A DNA stretch of 19,124 bases from Promethearchaeota archaeon (GTDB lineage: Archaea; Asgardarchaeota; Lokiarchaeia; Sigyniarchaeales; SOKP01), in NCBI GenBank assembly GCA_048941015.1, contig JBHLNZ010000059.1:1-19124 (forward strand), written 5' to 3'. Below, in pieces: positions 8,515 to 16,538 of the stretch (positions are counted from its first letter, which is position 1; each line of letters opens with the position of its first letter). The notes beneath the pieces were generated by a model, which was not told where the DNA came from, did no database searches, and was given only the letters and a program-made list of their open reading frames with translations. The position numbers were made by a program, and so were the translations under genes.

Positions 8515-10374
8515 TTAACCTTTAATTTCTTTTCCCTTTTCTATCTTTTCAAAGTCCTTCTCTTGTAATTCTCTACGCTGGACTTTTCCAGTTGCACTAA
8601 CTGGCATTTTTCTAACAAATTCTAAATATTTCGGACTTTTCCATTTTGCCATATTCTCCCTAGCCCATTCTTTTAATTGTTCGCTTGTAATATCACTATC
8701 AGCTTTGAATTCTTTCTTCAATGAGACCCATGCTTTCACTGCTTCACCGGTCATTTCATCAGGAATGCCTGCAACTGCAACTTCATCAACCATTTCATGA
8801 TGACCTAATAATTCTTCTACTTCTTTAGGAAAAACAGAATGACCAGATACCTTAATTAGGGATTTTTTGCGATCTCGTATCTCAACCCATCCATGTTCAT
8901 CCATAAAACCGATATCACCAGTTAATAACCATCGTTTACCTTCCCAATATTTTAAATTGTCTTCTTGTTCTTTTTGTTTACCTAAATAACCTAACATTAT
9001 ATGGGGTCCAGCTAGACATATTTCTCCTGTATTTTCGATTCCAAAACCTCCTCTTTCTTTAGTTCCATCACAAATAGGACCTGCTTCGAAATTATCGGAA
9101 GGAAATATTGCCCAATCTGCTCCTGGAATTGGTAACCCTAACTTTCCAGACTTGGTTGGACCCCAGAAAGGTGCAATACTATGCACAGGTGAAGATTCCG
9201 TTAATCCATAACCAGCGCGTATTGGACAAAAGATCGATTCAAAAGGTTCCTGTACATAAGAATGCAAGGGACCTGCCCCCTGCGTGGCATATTTCAGTTT
9301 CTTCCAAAAATCAAATTTCTTTTTAAATTCATCAACACCCATTTCTTTTACAAAATCTGTAAACCTTTTAAACCACATTTCGACACCTGTATATATCATT
9401 CCTTCTGGAGCAGCAATTTTATTTACTGCTTCGCATAAAACATCGTCTGAGGGGGGCTTTGGGAAGAGCAACATAACCATTCCTATTCCAAGAGCGGCGT
9501 TCATAACACAGGTCATACCAAAGCTGTGAAAAAAGGGAATAATGCCTAAAGTCACCACACCGGCTCCAATACCTGTCCAAGGTTTAATCATATGTAGATT
9601 AGCACATAGATTAGCATGTGAAAGCATCGCAACTTTTGGTAGTCCAGTTGTACCACCAGTCATGAGATATATGGCAGGATCTGTCCAAGGATCAATATCG
9701 ACCTTAATTTCTTCTGGCTGTGTTTCCTTTATAATCTTATCCATCCAATACACTTTATAATGTTCTGTTTCATTTGGTATTTTGTCTCTAGCATTTGGAA
9801 TGCCCAATCTCTTAATTGTGCCCTCATCAGCTGTCAGGAAATCAACAAAATTAGATGGTATTAAAAATTTTACGTTCGTTTTTGGAAGGATATCTTTAGG
9901 ACCTGCAATATATAACATATCCATCATAACAAAAACTTTTGCTTTAGTCATAGTTAGAGAATGCAAAAGCTCCATTGGTCTATAGGTAGGATTGATCCCT
10001 TGTGCTATTGCACCAATATATTGACATCCCATATAAGCGACTACAAAATTGATCGAATTTGGTAGATCGATTCCAACAACATCGCCCTTTCTAATTCCTA
10101 GATTTTTATAGAGAAAAGTCCCAAATCTTTTGGCATATTCAAATAAAGTTCTTAGCTTTATACGTTCTATGTATGGACCGTATGCAAACACACAAATATC
10201 ATTATCCCATGTCCCGTATAAATCTGCAGCTTTCAAAAAATTTTCCCACAGGGGTAAAATTTCTACATTTTCAACATCTTTTAATTGTTTTGGTACACCC
10301 TCGGGCCAATAACCTCCAGTAAACCATACTTTATTTTCATCCACTAAAAATTCTGGATCTTCTAAACTTGTCAT
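8515..10374 (-). CDS. Long-chain fatty-acid--CoA ligase (FadD-like, ANL superfamily)
   Basis: YLMTGGTTGLPK (P-loop), PFFHSFG, GYGLTESSP, GEICLAGPHIMLGY, TGDIG, DRKKSLIKVSG, VFPKEVEE, GKVQRREL. Confidence 0.92.
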   Translation of the reverse strand: MTSLEDPEFLVDENKVWFTGGYWPEGVPKQLKDVENVEILPLWENFLKAADLYGTWDNDICVFAYGPYIERIKLRTLFEYAKRFGTFLYKNLGIRKGDVVGIDLPNSINFVVAYMGCQYIGAIAQGINPTYRPMELLHSLTMTKAKVFVMMDMLYIAGPKDILPKTNVKFLIPSNFVDFLTADEGTIKRLGIPNARDKIPNETEHYKVYWMDKIIKETQPEEIKVDIDPWTDPAIYLMTGGTTGLPKVAMLSHANLCANLHMIKPWTGIGAGVVTLGIIPFFHSFGMTCVMNAALGIGMVMLLFPKPPSDDVLCEAVNKIAAPEGMIYTGVEMWFKRFTDFVKEMGVDEFKKKFDFWKKLKYATQGAGPLHSYVQEPFESIFCPIRAGYGLTESSPVHSIAPFWGPTKSGKLGLPIPGADWAIFPSDNFEAGPICDGTKERGGFGIENTGEICLAGPHIMLGYLGKQKEQEDNLKYWEGKRWLLTGDIGFMDEHGWVEIRDRKKSLIKVSGHSVFPKEVEELLGHHEMVDEVAVAGIPDEMTGEAVKAWVSLKKEFKADSDITSEQLKEWARENMAKWKSPKYLEFVRKMPVSATGKVQRRELQEKDFEKIEKGKEIKG

Positions 10375-10519
10375 TTATCCTAACTCTTTTTTTAATTAAT
10401 TATTTTTAATTTAGATATAGAAATTTAATATTACTAAAATATGTTTTATATACTATTATATAATAAATTAATTTGATTTTGTAAAGATTATCATTTAGAA
10501 TTTACATTTTTATATAATT

Positions 10520-11377
10520 ATGGGGTTCAAAGAAAATCTCAGAGAAAAATTGGATGGAATTTTTACAGAGTATGAATTAAATCTCCTTCCAAGAGGCTTC
10601 CAGACTATAGGAAAAATAATGATTTTAAAGCTAAATCCGAAGTTATTAAATAAAAGGAATATAATAGCTAAAAAATGCTTAGAATTAATTCCTTCTATAA
10701 AATCAGTATATTTAAATCTAGGAAAGATTACAGGGCAATATAGAACTCCAGAAAGGATAGAATTTCTTGCTGGTGATGATAATCCTATTGTAGAGCATAA
10801 AGAACATAATATTATCTATAGATTTAATATTACAAAAATTATGTTTAGTAAAGGAAATATTAATGAAAGAAAGCTTCTAACAACCTTTGTAAGAGAGAAT
10901 GAAATTATTGTTGATATGTTTGCTGGAATAGGATATTTTTCCCTACCTATCGCTATACATGCTAAACCAAAAAAGATTTTCAGTATTGAACTTAACCCCG
11001 ATTCTTATAAATTCTTGCAAGAGAATATTAAACTTAATCATGTTGAAGATATTATTGTTCCAATTCAAGGGAATTCTAAAGAAGAGGTTATTAAACTAAG
11101 CAATAATGGAATTAGGGCAGACAGAGTTATTATGGGGGTATTTCCTGCTCCGAAAGATTATATAAAGGAAGCACTTACTGTGATGAGAGAAACGGGTACA
11201 ATATATCATTATGAGGGTATCCGAGAAAAGGATAATTATTTATCATTATTTAAAGAATTCGAAGATATAGCTAAAACTAAAAATGTTAAATGTGAATTAA
11301 TATCAAAAAGATTCGTCAAAAGTTATGGCCCTAATTTATATCACATTGTAATTGATATTTTAGCTAAAAAAATATAA
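10520..11377 (+). CDS. taw2: tRNA(Phe) wyosine-pathway aminocarboxypropyltransferase Taw2/TYW2 (Trm5/Met10 family, class I SAM-dependent)
   Basis: LLPRGFQTIGKI, ITGQYRTP, KIMFSKGNINER, VDMFAGIGYFSLPIA, IELNP, ADRVIMG, VKSYGPNLYHIVID. At 285 aa it lacks the Trm5 D1 domain; the MFSxxNxxER and RVIMG signatures fit archaeal Taw2. Confidence 0.8.
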   Translation: MGFKENLREKLDGIFTEYELNLLPRGFQTIGKIMILKLNPKLLNKRNIIAKKCLELIPSIKSVYLNLGKITGQYRTPERIEFLAGDDNPIVEHKEHNIIYRFNITKIMFSKGNINERKLLTTFVRENEIIVDMFAGIGYFSLPIAIHAKPKKIFSIELNPDSYKFLQENIKLNHVEDIIVPIQGNSKEEVIKLSNNGIRADRVIMGVFPAPKDYIKEALTVMRETGTIYHYEGIREKDNYLSLFKEFEDIAKTKNVKCELISKRFVKSYGPNLYHIVIDILAKKI

Positions 11378-11479
11378 AACACTATTAATTGAAGATTGTC
11401 GATTAATATTTCTAAAGTATTAAAAAGACCTAATTTATTAGTTCAATAATAATCAAAATAATTAAATTTAAACGTAAAA

Positions 11480-12250
11480 ATGATCCTTATGTTAGGTCAA
11501 ATTGTGAGCGATATCGCTAAATTATCTGGCTTATCTGCCCTAATAAACGTATTCATTGGCTTTTTTTTTGGTACTATCGTCCTGATAAGAAGTATTAAAA
11601 CAAGACAGAGACTTATTTTTAACTTTTTCCTATGCATAGTTTTTACGTTATCACCTTGGTATCCAAGTGGATTTGGATATTTATATTGGAGTATAACAAA
11701 TAATATATTACCATATCAGGTATACATCTTATTGGGTAATTTATTCATTCCAATTGCGATACTTGCATGGATTAATGTTTATATGACAACTTATAAACCC
11801 GAGAGGAAGAAAATAGTACTCCTTTTATATGGAATATTTTCTATAGGTTTTGAAATTTACATATTTTCTTTCCTTTTCTTTGCTCCAGGAGCACCGATCG
11901 AAACTATATTAGGTGTTTTTACTGATATCCATAATCCAATAGATATAGATTATAAGGGGTTTGTTTTAATTTATTTAGGGGTAAGTATTATAACAGCATG
12001 TATGACTGGTATTCATTTTGCAATAAAATCGATAAAAGAAAAAGTAGATAAATCAATCGTATGGAAAGGAAGATTTCTTTTTGTAGCTTTTCTTTGCTTT
12101 GGAGTAGCAGCAATTTTTGATGCCATAATTGAGATGACACCGCTATTATTACTCGTGATAAGAATTATTTTAGCAACAAATACGTTTCTCTTTTACTTGG
12201 GTTTCATTTTACCGAAATGGGCAAGAAAGCTACTTAAAATCCAAGATTAA
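11480..12250 (+). CDS. Stand-alone seven-transmembrane hypothetical protein
   Basis: Seven hydrophobic segments by eye; basic loops (RSIKTRQR, KPERKK, KSIKEKVDK) and basic tail PKWARKLLK imply N-out/C-in topology. No lysine in TM7. Confidence 0.75.
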   Translation: MILMLGQIVSDIAKLSGLSALINVFIGFFFGTIVLIRSIKTRQRLIFNFFLCIVFTLSPWYPSGFGYLYWSITNNILPYQVYILLGNLFIPIAILAWINVYMTTYKPERKKIVLLLYGIFSIGFEIYIFSFLFFAPGAPIETILGVFTDIHNPIDIDYKGFVLIYLGVSIITACMTGIHFAIKSIKEKVDKSIVWKGRFLFVAFLCFGVAAIFDAIIEMTPLLLLVIRIILATNTFLFYLGFILPKWARKLLKIQD

Positions 12251-12271
12251 AAAAATAAATTATTTTTTTTA
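12251..12271. terminator. Putative bidirectional terminator between the convergent 7TM and MFS genes
   Basis: A-run followed by a T-run in a 21-bp gap, giving an oligo-T on each strand. Confidence 0.5.
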
Positions 12272-13714
12272 TCATTTTTCTTCTTGAATTAAGAGAGCCC
12301 TTTTTTTCATTTCTTCGTTAACATTATTAAAATCATTCTTTGCAGTAACAAGTAGAGGAAGCCAAAATCCGATAGAAATTAATCCAAAAATCAAAGTTGA
12401 CCAAAATATAGTAGATGAAAAGCTCCCTGTGACTGTAACAACAAAACCTCCAATAATCGCTCCTAAAGCACGACCTATAGTATCAATAAATGATGCTATT
12501 GCAACCATTGTTCCTCTATTCTCTGGAAAATTAACATCAATCATTGATGCATACCAATTTGGTCCAATACCCATTGTAAATGCAAGTCCAACTCCTAAAA
12601 ACGAACAATAAACTATCCATAAAATCCAAAAACCAATTAGATTCACAGTTAATGTTTGAAAGAAAAATGACTCACTTGACACGTTAGGAGACATGGCAAA
12701 AGCAAATAAGAGAAAGGGTAAAGTTAAAATAGAACAAATAACAGCTACTTTTACTCTACCAGCAGGGTCTCCCTTCTGAACTTTTTTATCACCCCAATGT
12801 GCCAAGCCAAACTGACCAATAAATAGTCCAAAAACAGCTACGATTAGAAGTAACACAATGACTTTAATATCAATAAAGTCAATTCCGATTTCAAGCTCAA
12901 TATAAGGAAAAATATATGCAATTAATAAACCTGAGGCTATTACGTCAAAAAAGTTTAGGATTAAAAATATATTAGATTTTCTTTTAAAAATGAATTTTAA
13001 ATCTGAGATTTTAATTTTATACGAATATTGAAGATTTTCTTGGGTAAGAACATCTTTAAAATATTTTTCTGTCGCAGCTCTCTTAGGTTCTTTAGTTAAA
13101 AAAACATTTAATAGCGTAAAAGCTAAAGCAAACCATCCTAGAGTAAAGTAAGGTATTCTCCATGTGGTTAATGAATCAGAATAATTTGTTATGATATAAA
13201 TGATCTTATCTGGGATGCTGAGGTTTTCGATTGCTGTATAATCAATGGTATTAAAAGCTAAGGCAAAGAATCCAGCAAAAAAACCAGCAAAAGTAGAGAG
13301 AAGACCCCAAAATGCAAAGGATTTTGAACGGGATTCAGATGATATAACATCAGCTAGAAATGAAATAACTAAAGGAGCAGTTACTCCAACAGCAATAGCA
13401 GCAACTATTCGTCCAACCATCAATTGCCAAAATTCTTCTATAAATAGATAAAATATTACAGTAATTGACCACAAAAAGCCAGAGAAGATTAATAATTTCT
13501 TTCTTTGAATTTTATCTGTGAAATAGCCAAAAATTAGTATAGAGATTCCATGAAAAACAGTATATACACCAATTAATAGCCCGATTGCATCAAAATATAC
13601 GTCGAAATCTGCTGCAATTAGTACCTCGTTGGGTAGAATTAATGCACTGTCCATTATCATAAGTAAGATTAAAAATATTACTAAAAATAAAGAAAGAGTA
13701 TCTCTTTTTTTCAT
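12272..13714 (-). CDS. MFS transporter, Spinster-like
   Basis: About 12 TM helices; motif A GYFTDKIQRKK; GRIVAAIA; LADVISSESRSK; second-half WGDKKVQKGDPAGR and MIDVNFPENRGT. Confidence 0.88.
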   Translation of the reverse strand: MKKRDTLSLFLVIFLILLMIMDSALILPNEVLIAADFDVYFDAIGLLIGVYTVFHGISILIFGYFTDKIQRKKLLIFSGFLWSITVIFYLFIEEFWQLMVGRIVAAIAVGVTAPLVISFLADVISSESRSKSFAFWGLLSTFAGFFAGFFALAFNTIDYTAIENLSIPDKIIYIITNYSDSLTTWRIPYFTLGWFALAFTLLNVFLTKEPKRAATEKYFKDVLTQENLQYSYKIKISDLKFIFKRKSNIFLILNFFDVIASGLLIAYIFPYIELEIGIDFIDIKVIVLLLIVAVFGLFIGQFGLAHWGDKKVQKGDPAGRVKVAVICSILTLPFLLFAFAMSPNVSSESFFFQTLTVNLIGFWILWIVYCSFLGVGLAFTMGIGPNWYASMIDVNFPENRGTMVAIASFIDTIGRALGAIIGGFVVTVTGSFSSTIFWSTLIFGLISIGFWLPLLVTAKNDFNNVNEEMKKRALLIQEEK

Positions 13715-13877
13715 ATTTAACTCGCATCCACATATATAAATATTAAAATTAATACTAATTCGTCTTAACCTTTTAATAATGTTGCTATTTAAATCAGAAT
13801 CACTTAACGAAATTTTTAAAAGGATTTAGATAGAATTTTCATTTACATAAATTTTAATTTCTAAAAAAAACATAAAA

Positions 13878-14996
13878 GTGAGTTTAAATTTGACAGAAGA
13901 AGTCGAAATTGAGGATAAGTCGGGTCGTAAAGAACCATTGCACCCTCGATATGAATGGTTAGACCAATTTAGAGGGCTAATTATCATATTTCTAATTATT
14001 TCAGTCGTGACATGGCCATTAAGTGGAGATCCTACGGGCGCGGGAGATCCATGGATAAGTCCTCCATTATTGAATCATGGTTTTAAATATTTGAATGGAT
14101 GGCCTCCTTTAATTACTATCATTGACATTGGACAACAAATCTTTATGTTTGTTCTTGGTTTTGTAGGATATCTTGCTTTTACGAGCAGGAGACAGAAAAA
14201 AGGAGTGGGTGCTGCATGGAAACATGGTCTTATCAGAGTTGCAATTTTATACGTTTTAGCTTTTTTAGATGATGGTCTAATTGGAGGCTTGATATTTGGC
14301 GACGGAATTCCCTGGGATGAAGTTTTATGGTATGGAACGTTAGCTAATTTAGCTATTGGTACATTTGCTGCTTATTTATTCACATATTTAATGCCTAAAG
14401 ATGCTGACATTAGAATGTTTGTTCCAATCGGAATAATGGTTGTTCATGCAATCTTATATGCAACTCCTGTTTTCGATCATAAAGGTCCTATGGGAACGGG
14501 TGAAATAACATTTCCATTTAATGCATTAAATCATGCTGCTATTGCAATTGCAGCTACATGTTTCTCTCAATGGTATAAAATGGATCCAAATGATGCTAAT
14601 GTAGGATTTAAAAAAAGAATCTTACCCGCAGCTACAATTTTTATTATTGCATTCTATCTATTTGATTGGATACAACCAGCAGAACATCATGACGCAACGA
14701 CTTCATTAGCTCTATTTGCTATTGCGGCTTGCGGATTCTTGATCGCAATATTTTACGGTTTTGAGAAAATTGGTTTTAAAGTTCCAGTTTTAAGTGAAAT
14801 GGGCAGAAATTTATTATTACTGTTTATTATTGCGTTTGTATTTGATCAATATACTTCACTTATCATTGATGGCAATCGCGAATTTTTCGTAGCTTATCCT
14901 TATTTGGCAATGTTAGTATTTGGCGTAATTCCAATAGCAGTTGAAGCTGGAATTGCTATGTTGCTTGCTAAAAAAGATATTAAAATCAAAATTTAA
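13878..14996 (+). CDS. HGSNAT-like (heparan-alpha-glucosaminide N-acetyltransferase / DUF1624-DUF5009-like) multi-pass membrane acyltransferase
   Basis: RYEWLDQFRGLII matches the RxxxLDxFRG motif. LNHGF...TIIDIGQQIFMFVLG matches H..W.G.T.ADLVFPxFxFxxG. MGRNLLLLF matches GxNxLxxY. GTG start. Confidence 0.72.
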   Translation: MSLNLTEEVEIEDKSGRKEPLHPRYEWLDQFRGLIIIFLIISVVTWPLSGDPTGAGDPWISPPLLNHGFKYLNGWPPLITIIDIGQQIFMFVLGFVGYLAFTSRRQKKGVGAAWKHGLIRVAILYVLAFLDDGLIGGLIFGDGIPWDEVLWYGTLANLAIGTFAAYLFTYLMPKDADIRMFVPIGIMVVHAILYATPVFDHKGPMGTGEITFPFNALNHAAIAIAATCFSQWYKMDPNDANVGFKKRILPAATIFIIAFYLFDWIQPAEHHDATTSLALFAIAACGFLIAIFYGFEKIGFKVPVLSEMGRNLLLLFIIAFVFDQYTSLIIDGNREFFVAYPYLAMLVFGVIPIAVEAGIAMLLAKKDIKIKI

Positions 14997-14997
14997 A

Positions 14998-15022
14998 TTC
15001 TTTTTTTTTTAAACTTTATTTT
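14998..15022 (+). terminator. Oligo(T) terminator after the HGSNAT-like gene
   Basis: TTC followed by a 10-T run directly after the TAA at 14996. Confidence 0.6.
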
Positions 15023-15136
15023 AATCTATATGATTATAATAACTTTTCAAATGAGTTGGAAAAAAATATGTAAGATATTTAAAATTAGAAATTATTATAT
15101 TTTTGAAGAAAAAATTAAAACAGTTGCTTTGTAAGT

Positions 15137-16375
15137 ATGAGTAATATAATAACCATTGGTTTGGATTATAGCCATAATAACATGTTGACATTAGAAGCTT
15201 CAAGCTATGCTGATTTTACGCAATTCCTTTTTGCTTCAGCATATAAAGTAGGAAAGATTGAAGCTGGTTTTTATACTTCAGAAAAATTATTAGATTATAA
15301 TGCAATTATCATGTCTACACCGAGAAATGTGGATCTTAACCCTAAAGAAATCGAAATTCTTGAGCAATATGTTAGAGATGGAGGAAGTCTTTTAATTATT
15401 GGAGCACGTGGTGGTGATTATTTAAATAGAACTAACTTAAATGAATTGACTCAAAAATTCGGTTTTAAATTTGCGATAGATGAAATCTTTGATTCAGTTT
15501 CTTATGTTAATTTACAAAAAAGACCTATATTATCTAAATTTAGATCCCATTATATTACAGAAAATCTACAAAAAATTGTCTTGTCCAGTTCCTGTTCTTT
15601 AATACCTATTGAGATTGAAGATGAGAAAAATATTAAAATGGATATTTTAATCCATGGTGGTTTAAATTGTTGGAGAAATCTATTTAATGGTGAAGATTGG
15701 ATAGAAGAAGATTGTCCAAAAATTCCATTGATGATTTCAATTGAATATTTTAAAGGAAAAGTTGTAGCTTTCGGCACAATCTCAATTTTTTCTTCACTAG
15801 GGAGAGAATATGGTTTTACAGCGTTCAATAATGATATTGTCATAGCAAATATTTTAAGATGGCTCACTATGGATATTCAATTAGAAGGAAAAGTAATAAC
15901 TATCGATTTACAAAAAGATTTATTTCACTGGGCAGATTTTTTACTTTCAGAAAAAAACTGGGAAAATATATCTGATGTTGTTAATGTAAGTCTTAAATAC
16001 TTTAAAGATCATTATAAAGAGATTATTAAAGAATTAGAAGACATTCAAAAAGACAGATTAGAGAGAAGAAGAGTAAAAGAACTAGCAAAAGAGGAAACAA
16101 GTGAAGAAGAAGTAATTGATTTAATTCCTTCAAGAAAAAAGGAAGATTTAGAAGAAATTATTACTGCGATAGAAGAAGTTGCCGGAGAAAAATTTGAACG
16201 CTCTATCGACTTAGAAGAAGAGAATGATATCGGAAGTGAATTACCAGAAGATTTAAATACTTTAACAGTGAAAGAATTAAAAGCATTCTGTAATAAGAAT
16301 GATATCGAATTACCTGGCAATGCTCGTAAAGCGGATATTATAAAGGTTATTAATTATGTTTTAGGCAAAGATTAA
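15137..16375 (+). CDS. Soluble multidomain protein: GIFT/IFT52-N-like (DUF4350/GATase-like) domain + ribbon-helix-helix + acidic linker + HeH/LEM/SAP-like C-terminal domain
   Basis: IGLDYSHN...TSEKLLDYNAIIMSTPR...EIEILEQYVRDGGSLLIIG..GG....TNLNELTQKFGF...GKVVAFGTISIF...NDIVIANILRWL (GIFT). KVITIDLQKDLFHWADFLLSEKNWENISDVVNVSLKYF (RHH pattern). LNTLTVKELKAFCNKNDIELPGNARKADIIKVI (HeH/SAP/Rho-N pattern). Confidence 0.75.
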   Translation: MSNIITIGLDYSHNNMLTLEASSYADFTQFLFASAYKVGKIEAGFYTSEKLLDYNAIIMSTPRNVDLNPKEIEILEQYVRDGGSLLIIGARGGDYLNRTNLNELTQKFGFKFAIDEIFDSVSYVNLQKRPILSKFRSHYITENLQKIVLSSSCSLIPIEIEDEKNIKMDILIHGGLNCWRNLFNGEDWIEEDCPKIPLMISIEYFKGKVVAFGTISIFSSLGREYGFTAFNNDIVIANILRWLTMDIQLEGKVITIDLQKDLFHWADFLLSEKNWENISDVVNVSLKYFKDHYKEIIKELEDIQKDRLERRRVKELAKEETSEEEVIDLIPSRKKEDLEEIITAIEEVAGEKFERSIDLEEENDIGSELPEDLNTLTVKELKAFCNKNDIELPGNARKADIIKVINYVLGKD

Positions 16376-16455
16376 GCTGAAATCTGAGCATAAAGGAACC
16401 AGAATTATAATATCCTAAAAAATTGAAAGTATCACTATAGAAAGATATTATATCT

Positions 16456-16538
16456 TATCTTGAATAAAAAATATATAAAAATCTTAAGGGAAAAGTACTA
16501 AAATTTTCCTACTTTTTTAGATTCAAGATACTTTTTTT
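16456..16538 (+). other. Inverted repeat (TATCTTGAAT / ATTCAAGATA) with inner hairpin and trailing T-run upstream of the methyltransferase-nth pair
   Basis: 16456-16465 is the exact reverse complement of 16521-16530; inner GGAAAA/TTTTCC at 16489-16509; T7 at 16532-16538. Confidence 0.35.

Noticed and set aside
11480-12250. Microbial rhodopsin, heliorhodopsin or schizorhodopsin
   Set aside because: No retinal-binding Lys in helix 7 (no DxxxK or SxxxK) and no helix-C RYxxW-type motif.
107-14996. One single operon for lipid or amino-sugar degradation
   Set aside because: The genes alternate strands, have separate terminator-like tracts and are interleaved with unrelated genes such as taw2; only looser functional linkage is proposed.
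15889-16010. Toxin-antitoxin system based on the RHH
   Set aside because: The RHH is embedded in a 412-aa protein and there is no adjacent small toxin ORF.
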